From: Dehalococcoidia bacterium
Lineage (GTDB): Bacteria > Chloroflexota > Dehalococcoidia > Lucifugimonadales > UBA3495
Assembly (NCBI GenBank): GCA_034422655.1
Contig: DAOUJN010000005.1
Span: forward strand, 1,781 to 65,780
Direction of reading: 5' to 3'
DNA: 64,000 bases
In this document: one piece after another, positions 7,747 to 16,138 of the stretch
Position numbering within the stretch: position 1 is the first letter of the stretch
Layout of the letters: each line of letters opens with the position of its first letter
Translations under genes and position numbers: made by a program
Notes under the pieces: model-generated
What the model was told of the DNA's origin: nothing
What the model saw: the letters and a program-made list of their open reading frames with translations, nothing else
Databases searched by the model: none

Positions 7747-9507
7747 TCAGATGGTTGGTTGGGCTAGACGGTGTGTAGCTTGGTGGCACACCCGGCAGAG
7801 CGTTACTAGGTTGCTGGGCGCGTGGGACTGCATACCTTTGGCGTGGTGGACTTGCAGATTTGTCCGAGTTCCACACTGTCGGCATTTCATCCCGTCGCGC
7901 AGTTTGGCTAGGAGTTTCCGTTCGGTGAGTTCAAGGGGTTCGTTGCGGCTACGTCTGCCGCTCCTGGCCCCAATCGTCGCCGTGTAGATTTGCTCAGCGG
8001 GGCCGGTGGCTCCCAGGGGAAAGTCGCCTGTGTCCTCCATTGCACCGGACAGGTAGGGGTGCGGGAATCCCGTCTTGCCCTTCTGTCTGTAGCGTTGACG
8101 GACAAGTTCCGTGGGAGTAGGGAGCCATTGGTACGCTTCCAGCGAATGTTCGCCTTGGCGCGTTTCTGCGTGCCAGCGGGTTCTGCCGTGGAGCATTTTG
8201 GTCTTGGTGCGGATGAGCTGTTGTTTGCGGCTGCCCTTGTGCTTCTTGAGCAGCCAGTAGAAGTAGCGGAACCAGGTGAACCGCGTGATTTCCTCGATGT
8301 CCGCCGACAGGCTGGTATACCGGTAGTATTCGGCCCAGCCCTTGACGATAGCGTTGAGAGTGGTCAAGCGGTTGTACTCATCCATCCAGGTCCAGTTCCT
8401 GGAAGTCAGGGCTTTGAGCTTCCGTTTCACTCGCTCTTTGCCTTTGGCCGTCGGACGGAGGTGTACTGCCCACTTGCCGCCGGTGTGCTTGCGCTGGATA
8501 TGGAAACCCAGGAAGTCGAAGCCGTCGTTGACGTGGGTGATCAGGGTCTTTTCCGCCGATAGCGTTAGGTGGAGTTCGTTCTCCAGAAATTGCTGTATGG
8601 CCTGTTTGGTGGCCTTGACCTCGGCTTTGGGGGCATTGCTGACGACCACGAAGTCGTCCGCGTAGCGCACCATCCGGTAGTTGCCGAAGCCCGCCTGCCG
8701 TCTCCGTTGCCGGGCGTAGGAGGTGAGTTCCCATTGCTCCGCTGCCCACCGGTCGAACTCGTTGAGGTAGATGTTGGCGAGTAGCGGTGATATGACGCCC
8801 CCTTGTGGCACACCGGCGTCGGTGCGCTTGAAGAGGCGTCCTTCCATTACGCCCGATTTCAGGAATTTCCAGATGAGGTCCAGCACGTCCTTGTCCGCCA
8901 GCCTTTTCCGCAGCAGCTTCATCAACTTCCGATGGTGGACGGTGTCAAAGTAGCTTTGGAGGTCGCCTTCGATGACGTAGTAGTGTTTGACGCTGGTGTT
9001 GAACAGGGGCATGAGGACCGCGATTGCGTCCATAGTGTTACGACCTTTTCGGAAGCCATAGGAATGGGGTTGAAAGTCGGACTCGTAAATCGGGTCAAGA
9101 ATGGCCCGAAGTGCTTCCTGCACGATGCGGTCCCGTAGGGCTGGGATGCCCAGAGGACGTTGCTTGCCGTCGTGCTTGGGTATGTAGACCCGCCGGACTG
9201 GTTGCGGCGTGTACGTCTTGCGCTTCAGTTGGTCGAGGAGCGTAGTCATCTGGCGCTCGTAGTCCTTCTTGAACGCATCCCGTGTCTTGCCGTCCACTCC
9301 GTTGGTCTGACTGCCCGGTCGTGCCAGAACCCTTTCAGCCGCCGTGTGCATCCAACAGTCCCAATGCAACAGGCTGTACAGGTTGGTGAACCTGTGGGCT
9401 GGATGCTCACTGGCCGTCTTTGCCAGGAACTTTTGCTTTTCTGCCATCTTCGTCGGGTACATACATCCCTTCTCCGGCTTAGTTCGCTCTGGTTCTTTGC
9501 ACTGCAT
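7747..9507 (-). CDS. group II intron reverse transcriptase/maturase with C-terminal HNH endonuclease domain
   Basis: RPLGIPALRDRIVQEAL, GVPQGGVISPLLANIYL and the YADDFVV RT motifs. C-terminal CRQCG...LQVHHAKG...LCRVCHQATH. The true start may be an internal Met at 9462 or 9447. Confidence 0.92.
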   Translation of the reverse strand: MQCKEPERTKPEKGCMYPTKMAEKQKFLAKTASEHPAHRFTNLYSLLHWDCWMHTAAERVLARPGSQTNGVDGKTRDAFKKDYERQMTTLLDQLKRKTYTPQPVRRVYIPKHDGKQRPLGIPALRDRIVQEALRAILDPIYESDFQPHSYGFRKGRNTMDAIAVLMPLFNTSVKHYYVIEGDLQSYFDTVHHRKLMKLLRKRLADKDVLDLIWKFLKSGVMEGRLFKRTDAGVPQGGVISPLLANIYLNEFDRWAAEQWELTSYARQRRRQAGFGNYRMVRYADDFVVVSNAPKAEVKATKQAIQQFLENELHLTLSAEKTLITHVNDGFDFLGFHIQRKHTGGKWAVHLRPTAKGKERVKRKLKALTSRNWTWMDEYNRLTTLNAIVKGWAEYYRYTSLSADIEEITRFTWFRYFYWLLKKHKGSRKQQLIRTKTKMLHGRTRWHAETRQGEHSLEAYQWLPTPTELVRQRYRQKGKTGFPHPYLSGAMEDTGDFPLGATGPAEQIYTATIGARSGRRSRNEPLELTERKLLAKLRDGMKCRQCGTRTNLQVHHAKGMQSHAPSNLVTLCRVCHQATHRLAQPTI

Positions 9508-10041
9508 CTGATTGCCCTCCTTCGCCTTGTGGCTGGCTTTCCCAACCTCGGACTACTACGAGGGCTCTGCCCCCCGTCGGGCATTGGCCGCAGGCTGGCC
9601 TACTCCCTGATGGGAGAGCCGGACGGGGTTCCCAAGTTCACGTGGATTGCGTCGTCGTGCCGTATTAGGTCCTGCCTGTACGCCTGGCACGGCTCGCTGC
9701 CGCGCTCGTCGCCGGAGGGAGGCCGGTTGTACGGAGTGCGGCTCCCTTGCCCTAGCGAGACTATCCCTGCCCATCAGAAACAGGGAATCCGACGACTCCA
9801 CCCTCGCCCTACCGTGAGCGGGTGGTTCAACCTTCGACGCTTCAATCGGCAATTTCTTTCGTGACCATAACGACACTCTGGCTAGCAGCGCGCGGCGTAG
9901 TAGGGTGGCCGCCGCCACATTGTCGGGAAGGCTTCAAACACGGTTCTGCCTCTGGTCGCCGTGCCTGCTTCCCTAGCCACCGGCCCACTCCTGGCCGGGT
10001 TCCATACCTGGAACTTTCAACCTACGCGCTTCTTGGCGCAC

Positions 10042-10645
10042 CGGAAGGGTGGTTGTGGGCCACGATGATGGACGGGGCGTTGTCGCGCACCGCCGGCCGG
10101 AAGACCTCGGATGGGCGGACGATGGAACTGTTGACGTTGCCCACGTACACCTCCACCGTGTTCAGCACCTGGTTCTTGGTGTTGAGCAGCAGCACGCGCA
10201 GGTGTTCCTGCTCCAGCGACGCCATTTCCGCCTGCAGCAGGTTGGCCACGTCCTGGGGCGAGTTGATTACCGCCCGGTCCTGGGGCGCCAGGGAGATGAA
10301 GCGCCGGCCCAGTTCCAGGGCGGCCATTAGCTGGCAGGCCTTGGCCTCGCTGAGGCCCCGCTCGGCGCAGAGTTCGGCGAAAGTGCCGCGGCCCAGGCCG
10401 TCCAGCCCACCGAAGCGGCTCAGCAGGCGGTTGGACATGGCCAGCACGTTCTCCCCCTGGATGCCGGTGCGCAGCAGGATGGCGATAAGCTCGGCGTTGC
10501 TCAAGTACCGAGGCCCGTAGTCCCGCAGCCGCTCCCGGGGCCGCTCCCCCTGGGGCATGTCGCGAATTTTGGGCTGGTATGCCAGTGCCCAGGCGGGCTC
10601 CGTCTGCCCAGTTTCAATGTCCGGCGTCGTAATGGTGGCAAGCAT
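10042..10645 (-). CDS. radC: RadC/JAMM-family protein, exon 1
   Basis: MLATITTPD...IRDMPQGERPRERLRDYGPRYLSNAELIAILLRTG...VYVGNVNSSIVRPSEVFRPAVRDNAPSIIVAHNHPS(G). ATG at 10645 follows GGAAGGA. Confidence 0.85.
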
Positions 10646-10737
10646 AGATTCCTTCCCGACCCTGTCTTTCCGGACATTGTTATTCGGGAAGAGCCGCCGG
10701 CGCAACGGGCAAGTGTCAGTAACCGTTACCTCAAGGG

Positions 10738-12387
10738 CTAAACAAACTGGTATTTGGAGAAGGTACCTTCCTCCTTGGTTATGAACTCCAGCAGGGCGAA
10801 CTCGCCGGCCTCGTTGCGTTGCTGGGCTCGGCGCATGGCCGGGGCTATCTGGTCGGGGTCGGTGACGCGTTCGGCCCAGGCCCCCATGGCCCGGGCCATG
10901 TCGGCGTAGTTGCCGCCCGTCTGCTTGGTGTTGTAGCGGGCCACGGCGGTGGGCATGCGACTGTCGGGGTAGATGGCCATGGTGTTGTTGTTCAGGACCA
11001 CGGTGGTGATGGCCAGGTTCTCCCGCACCGCCGTCTCCACGTCCAGGCCCACCATGCCGAAGGCGGTGTCGCCCATGAAGTTGATGACCAGCTTTTCCGG
11101 CGCGCCCAACTTGGCGCCCATGGCCAGGCCCAGGCTGTAGCCCAACTGGGTGGACTTGCCCCAGCCGATGAAGCTGCGCGGCGCCCGGGCCTCCCAGAAG
11201 GGGGACACCTGCTCCCGGGGGCTGCCCGATTCGTGGGTGACGACGGTGTTGTCCAGGTCCACGGTGTGCATGATTTCCCAGATGACCCGGTAGGGGTTCA
11301 GGGGGACCTCGTTGGTGGTCAGCCGGGGCAGCCATTGGTCCAGCCATTCCTGGCGGCTGGCGGCAATCTCGTCGGTCAGTTCCCGGTTGGCGGGGCGGGC
11401 CTGGCCGCCGGTCTGTCGCTTGATTTCCTCCAGGAACTGGGCCAGCACCAGCCTGGCGTCGCCCACCACCGGGTAGTCGGCCTTGTAGTCCTTGTTGATG
11501 TCGGCGTCGGCGTTGGTGGTGTGGATGAGGGTCTTGCCGGGCGGCATGGGCGCGGTGAAGTTGCTACGGATCATGCTGGCGCCCACGGCGAACACGGTGT
11601 CGGCGCCGGTGAGGAAGCGGTGGACCTGCCCCGTCTGGCTGGAGCCGCCAATGCCCAGGGACAGGGGATGATTTTCGGGGAAAGCACTCTTGCCCTCCAG
11701 AGTGGTCATCACCGGAATCTGCAGGAACTCGGCCAGTTCCACCAGTTGGCCGGTGGCCTCGGCGTAGAGGACGCCCTGGCCGGCGGTGATGACAGGACGC
11801 TGGGCGGAGAGCAGGGCGCGGGCGGCCCGGGCCACGGCCTCCGGGTCGCCGGCGGAGCGGATAACCTCGGGTGGCGTGTAGTCGAACTGCTCCTCGCCAA
11901 TCTCCTCGGTTACCAGGTCGCCGGGGATTTCCAGCAGGACGGGGCCAGGCTTGCCGGAACGCAGCTTGGTGAAGGCATGGCGCATCAGTTCGGGCACGCG
12001 GTCGGCGTAGTTAATCTGGGCCGCCCACTTGGTGATGCTCTCGTAGCTGCGGGTGGGGCTGAATACCGGGTCGATGCCCTGGCGGTGGCGGGAGGCCCCG
12101 GCGGGCAGCAGCAGGATGGGCACCGAGTCGGCGTAGGCCTGGGCCACGCCGCCAAAGGCGTTCTCGGCGCCCGGGCCGGCCTGCATCAGGAAGATGCCGG
12201 TGCGCCTGCCGTTGGTGACGCGGGAGAAGCCGTCGGCCATGTGTACGCCCGTCCGTTCCTGCCGAAAGACGATGGGTCGTATGCCGGCAACGGCGGCGGC
12301 CTCGATGAGGGGACTGGAGGGCATGCAGCCGACGAAGTCCACCCCCTCCAGCTTGAGCACGTTGGCAATTGCGGTAACGCCGTCCAT
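10738..12387 (-). CDS. thiamine-pyrophosphate-dependent enzyme, paralogue of 3522-5177
   Basis: MDGVTAIANVLKLEGVDFVGCMPS... and the TPP-binding GDTAFGMVGLDVETA...NNNTMA region. Same three-domain layout as the first TPP enzyme. Confidence 0.85.
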   Translation of the reverse strand: MDGVTAIANVLKLEGVDFVGCMPSSPLIEAAAVAGIRPIVFRQERTGVHMADGFSRVTNGRRTGIFLMQAGPGAENAFGGVAQAYADSVPILLLPAGASRHRQGIDPVFSPTRSYESITKWAAQINYADRVPELMRHAFTKLRSGKPGPVLLEIPGDLVTEEIGEEQFDYTPPEVIRSAGDPEAVARAARALLSAQRPVITAGQGVLYAEATGQLVELAEFLQIPVMTTLEGKSAFPENHPLSLGIGGSSQTGQVHRFLTGADTVFAVGASMIRSNFTAPMPPGKTLIHTTNADADINKDYKADYPVVGDARLVLAQFLEEIKRQTGGQARPANRELTDEIAASRQEWLDQWLPRLTTNEVPLNPYRVIWEIMHTVDLDNTVVTHESGSPREQVSPFWEARAPRSFIGWGKSTQLGYSLGLAMGAKLGAPEKLVINFMGDTAFGMVGLDVETAVRENLAITTVVLNNNTMAIYPDSRMPTAVARYNTKQTGGNYADMARAMGAWAERVTDPDQIAPAMRRAQQRNEAGEFALLEFITKEEGTFSKYQFV

Positions 12388-12437
12388 GGATTTTTACCTC
12401 CCGTAGTTAACGTTATTCAGGATCAGTTCTTCCTGAT

Positions 12438-12503
12438 TATCCACGAATGAACACGAAGGCGCACGAATGTAATTGGTGGATATTCGTGGTCATTCGTGGA
12501 TAA
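12438..12503. repeat. family A element, copy 3 (compact form)
   Basis: TATCCACGAATGAACACGAAGGCGCACGAATGTAATTGGTGGATATTCGTGGTCATTCGTGGATAAAG. Confidence 0.85.
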
Positions 12504-12508
12504 AGGGA

Positions 12509-12973
12509 TTAGAGTTGACCATCCACCCCTCCCCAAAAATACTCCACTTCATACTCCGCCACCAGTTCCCCCTCCTGGTTGTGGGCCGTTACGGTGAAGG
12601 TCAGGTAGCGGTGGCCCTCCCTTTCCTCCTTGCCGGTCAGGGAGGTTTGGGCGGTGATGGTGTCGCCGTGGACTACCGGGATTCCCTGGAAGCTGATGTT
12701 AATGCCGACCGGGTTCAGGGACAGGCCGTCGGGCAGGTTGCAGCCCCGGGCGGCAGCCAGGTCGGCCAGCCGGGGACGGGCGCAGGCCAGCGCCATGGCC
12801 GGCGGCGCGACAATTCCCGGCAGCCCCGACTCCCGGGCCGCCGGCTGGTTGGTGTAGACCAGGTTTTCGTAGCGGGCGGCGTGGCAGTAGTCGGCAATCT
12901 GCTGGTCGGTAATCTCGGTTGAAGCGGGGGGCGCGGTGTCGCCGATGGCGGCGATGTCCCATGTGTAAGTCAT
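12509..12973 (-). CDS. MaoC-like (R)-hydratase / hotdog-fold protein
   Basis: 154 aa with typical MaoC-dehydratase-like layout (...YCHAARYENLVYTNQPAARESGLPGIVAPPAM...GDTITAQ...). Confidence 0.7.
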   Translation of the reverse strand: MTYTWDIAAIGDTAPPASTEITDQQIADYCHAARYENLVYTNQPAARESGLPGIVAPPAMALACARPRLADLAAARGCNLPDGLSLNPVGINISFQGIPVVHGDTITAQTSLTGKEEREGHRYLTFTVTAHNQEGELVAEYEVEYFWGGVDGQL

Positions 12974-13016
12974 GGGGCTAATTTAACACAGACAGCCAGG
13001 CGGGGCCGGCGCAGGG

Positions 13017-13493
13017 TTAAGAGGCCGGTTCGGGTGTGTAGGACCAGGCCACCATCCGGCCCGGCGTAATCTTGATGACCGGGTTATCGTCAATATCCAT
13101 TTCCCCGTATTGCGGGTATTTTTCGCGCAGCAGGTGGATAGCATGGCGGCGCTCAGCGTTTCGGTTGCATCCTTCGACAGGCTCCCCTTCCAGCAACTTC
13201 GCGGCGCCGGTAACCAGGATATACCACAGCTTGGTCCAGTCCGCGTCGTAGTGGTCCACCACCAGGGCAACCTGGGGATTTTCGAGGATGTTACGGACAC
13301 GGCGCAGGCGGGTCAGGGCGGCGCGCTTGGGTTTCCGGTCCAGGACGATGTAGATGGCCGCGCCGTTCTCAAGAGTGTCCAGGGCAAAGCAGACGGGGAT
13401 GACGTGGGGGGCTCCGCTCTTGCTGGCAGTGGACAGGTGGCCTACGGGGGCATCGGACAGCATTTGGACCTGCCGCGGAGAAAGCAGGGGCAA
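13017..13493 (-). CDS. PPOX-class (pyridoxamine 5'-phosphate oxidase-like) probable F420-dependent oxidoreductase
   Basis: ...VGHLSTASKSGAPHVIPVCFALD...VLDRKPK...LRRVRNILENPQVALVVDHYDADWTKLWYILVTG matches my recollection of the TIGR03668-type family. Confidence 0.7.
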   Translation of the reverse strand: MPLLSPRQVQMLSDAPVGHLSTASKSGAPHVIPVCFALDTLENGAAIYIVLDRKPKRAALTRLRRVRNILENPQVALVVDHYDADWTKLWYILVTGAAKLLEGEPVEGCNRNAERRHAIHLLREKYPQYGEMDIDDNPVIKITPGRMVAWSYTPEPAS

Positions 13494-13497
13494 GGCC

Positions 13498-14433
13498 CTA
13501 AACCTCCGCCGAGAAGGCCATGGGGTCTTCCAGGAACTCCACGTTTTCCAGGGCGGCGCGGGCGGCCTCTTCCAGGGAGGCGTCGCCCTCCTCGATGCAG
13601 CGCATCAGGGCACGCTTGGCCAGGGAACCGCCAATTTTCCCCAGGGCGTTCAGGGCGGCTATCTGCACCTGGAAGTCCTCGTCCTCCAGCAGGTCCAACA
13701 GGTAGGGCACCACGTCCTCCTCGCCCAGGTCGCCGCAGGCGTTGGCCGTCTCGTACCGGATGGAGGGCTCCCGGTTGTCCAGTTCCTTGATGAGAGTGGG
13801 CAGCCAGCTTACGTCGCCGGTGCGGCCCATGGCGAAGATGGCACTGGTTTTCAGGGCCGGGTCGTCGCTCTGGTAGGCCCAGCACACGCAGTCGCGGATG
13901 TCGGGAGTGTTGAAAGGGGCCACCGCTTCCAGGCTGCGGCGGCGGACCTCCAGGATTTCGTCCGGGTCCTGGAGGACGGCCATCAGGGTGGTGTGGACGC
14001 TGCCGGCGTCCCGGGCCAGCAGTTGGCCCTCCTGGGCCAGCACCGAGAACTTGCCCAGGGCGGATGCCGCCGCGGCCCTCACGTCCGGCCCCCGCTGGGA
14101 GGTCAGCACCTGGATCAGCCCGGGCAGCACCGACCGGTCTTCGTACTCCCACAGCCCGTCGATGGCCTTTTCCTGCACCCACTCGTCCTCATCCTTCAGG
14201 CACATCTTGAAAATCGTGCAGAAGTCCAGTTCCGGACTGTCTTCGGCCAGCTCAACCAGGGTGGTGAGGATGGCGCGCTTCTGCATCCGGGACAGGCGGA
14301 ACCAGTGGCGGGTAAATACCCCCACCTCGGACGGGGAAAGGTCGGAAAGTTCGATGAAGTCGGAGTTGCTCAGGGGGATTGCTGGATCGGAAAGGTTTTC
14401 AAGGAATCGTTCCAGTGACATGGCGCCCCTCAC
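13498..14433 (-). CDS. HEAT-repeat protein
   Basis: 311 aa with repeated helical units (DEDEWVQEKAIDGLW, DVRAAAASALG, PSIRYETANACGDLG, DFQVQIAALNALGKIG). Lies 4 nt upstream of the PPOX gene. Confidence 0.7.
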   Translation of the reverse strand: MRGAMSLERFLENLSDPAIPLSNSDFIELSDLSPSEVGVFTRHWFRLSRMQKRAILTTLVELAEDSPELDFCTIFKMCLKDEDEWVQEKAIDGLWEYEDRSVLPGLIQVLTSQRGPDVRAAAASALGKFSVLAQEGQLLARDAGSVHTTLMAVLQDPDEILEVRRRSLEAVAPFNTPDIRDCVCWAYQSDDPALKTSAIFAMGRTGDVSWLPTLIKELDNREPSIRYETANACGDLGEEDVVPYLLDLLEDEDFQVQIAALNALGKIGGSLAKRALMRCIEEGDASLEEAARAALENVEFLEDPMAFSAEV

Positions 14434-14712
14434 ATCATGCGGGCCTGAGCGGCTGCCTGGGCCGGGCAGCCGTGGTTGTCAGACGGTCTTTTGTAGCTGA
14501 GGATTTATCTAGAATATAACATAATGTAATCTGTCAACAGCCCTACCCGCAACGAGTTTTGGCCAATTTGCGGGTTTATGTTCACCCCTTAAAGCCGGTT
14601 CAGGACCCGGGAAGCCCAGCGCTACCCCTTTGTGCAATTTCGCGGCCTTTCGTTGAGGCCCAGGTTGCCCCGTGATAGAATTTTTTGGACTTTCGTATAA
14701 GGTACTGGACTG

Positions 14713-15600
14713 ATGGCCAAGATACTGGACGGCGCCGCCCTGGGCCGGGAGGTACGGGCCGAGGTGGCCGCCGGTGTCGCCGAGATGCAGGAAAAGCACG
14801 GCGTTACCCCCGGCCTGGCCGCCGTGCTGGTGGGCGGCGATCCTGCTTCGGCCATCTACGTCCGCAACAAGGGCCGCGCCTGCGACGAAGCGGGGATGTT
14901 CAGCGAAATCTTCCATCTTCCCGAGGAGACCACCCAGGCCGTACTGCTGGACCTGGTGGCCAGGCTGAACGCCGACTCCCGCTTTCACGGCATCCTGGTC
15001 CAGCTGCCCCTGCCGCCGCAGATTGAGGAGACGGTCATCATCGAGGCCCTGGACCCGGCCAAGGACGTGGACGGCCTGCATCCCTTCAACCTGGGCAAGC
15101 TGCTGCAGGGTGTTCCCGACTTCATCCCCGCCACACCTGCCGGCATCCAGCAGATTCTCCTGCGCAACGGCTGCGACCCGTCGGGCAAGCACGTGGTGGT
15201 GTGCGGGCGCAGCAACATCGTGGGCAAGCCCCTGGCCACCCTGCTGCTGCAGCGGAGGGAAGGCTCCAACGCCACCGTTACCGTCACCCACACCCGCACC
15301 GCCAACCTGCCGGAAATTACGCGGCAGGCGGACATCCTGGTGGCGGCCATGGGCCAGCCCCGGGCCATCACCGCCGACATGGTCAAGGAGGGGGCGGTGG
15401 TCATTGACGTGGGCGTCAACCGGGTGGACGACCACAGCCGCCGCCGGGGCTACCGCCTGGAGGGCGACGTGGACTTTGGACCCGTATCAGAAAAGGCCGA
15501 GGCAATTACCCCCGTGCCCGGGGGCGTGGGCCCCATGACCATTGCCATGCTGCTGGTAAACACCCTTACCGCCGCCCGCATCTCCATCCATGGCCGGTAA
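14713..15600 (+). CDS. folD: bifunctional methylenetetrahydrofolate dehydrogenase / methenyl-THF cyclohydrolase
   Basis: MAKILDGAALGREVRAEV...PGLAAVLVGGDPASAIYVRNK...HGILVQLPLP...CGRSNIVGKPLA...TPVPGGVGPMTIAMLL. Confidence 0.95.
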   Translation: MAKILDGAALGREVRAEVAAGVAEMQEKHGVTPGLAAVLVGGDPASAIYVRNKGRACDEAGMFSEIFHLPEETTQAVLLDLVARLNADSRFHGILVQLPLPPQIEETVIIEALDPAKDVDGLHPFNLGKLLQGVPDFIPATPAGIQQILLRNGCDPSGKHVVVCGRSNIVGKPLATLLLQRREGSNATVTVTHTRTANLPEITRQADILVAAMGQPRAITADMVKEGAVVIDVGVNRVDDHSRRRGYRLEGDVDFGPVSEKAEAITPVPGGVGPMTIAMLLVNTLTAARISIHGR

Positions 15601-15699
15601 GATTGGTGAGAGAATGATACCTATGTCGCAGGGGTCCGCCTCAGGCGGACGGCTGCCCTGCCCATGCGGGCAAACCCTCTCCAAGGAGCAATACCACCC

Positions 15700-16113
15700 A
15701 TGACCGAACCGCAACAACCCGCCGAGGAATCCCAGGGCTTCGAACTGCCCCCCGTTGGCAGCATACCCTGGCAGGACCTGACCGTCCCCAACGCCCCCGA
15801 AATCCGCGACTTCTACTGCCAGGTGGTGGGCTGGACCTATACCGACCACGACATGGGCGACTACAACGACTACAACATCAATCTGCCCGACGGCGGCCAT
15901 ACCGTGGCCGGCATCTGCCACACTCGGGGCGCCAACGCCAACATCCCGCCCCAATGGCTGGTCTATATGGTGGTGAAGAACGTGGACGAGAGCGTCCGAC
16001 GGTGTGTTGAACTGGGCGGCCAGGTGGTGGACGGCCCCCGGGAAATGGGTGGGCAGCGCTTCTGCGTAATCCAGGACCCGGCCGGCGCCGTGGCCGCCCT
16101 CATCGGCGGTTAA
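15700..16113 (+). CDS. VOC/glyoxalase-family protein
   Basis: ...IPWQDLTVPNAPEIRDFYCQVVGW...GGQRFCVIQDPAGAVAAL. ATG at 15700 lies downstream of AAGGAG. Confidence 0.75.
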   Translation: MTEPQQPAEESQGFELPPVGSIPWQDLTVPNAPEIRDFYCQVVGWTYTDHDMGDYNDYNINLPDGGHTVAGICHTRGANANIPPQWLVYMVVKNVDESVRRCVELGGQVVDGPREMGGQRFCVIQDPAGAVAALIGG

Positions 16114-16138
16114 TCGGGCGCGGCCTGCCCCTGCTACC

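Larger units (their letters stand above)
7644..10041 (-). mobile_element. group II intron (about 2.4 kb) with RT/maturase/HNH ORF
   Basis: 5' GTGCG at 10041-10037. Intron-encoded protein ORF in the domain IV position. Canonical domain V at 7742-7709. 3' end ...CCCTACCCAAT at 7644. The flanking exons join in frame. Confidence 0.9.

Noticed and set aside
7747-9507. Reverse transcriptase as a retron, DGR or Abi-type defence RT
   Set aside because: A canonical group II domain V, a GTGCG 5' end, the X/maturase and HNH domains, and in-frame flanking radC exons identify it as a group II intron-encoded protein. No msr/msd-like or template-repeat structures were seen.
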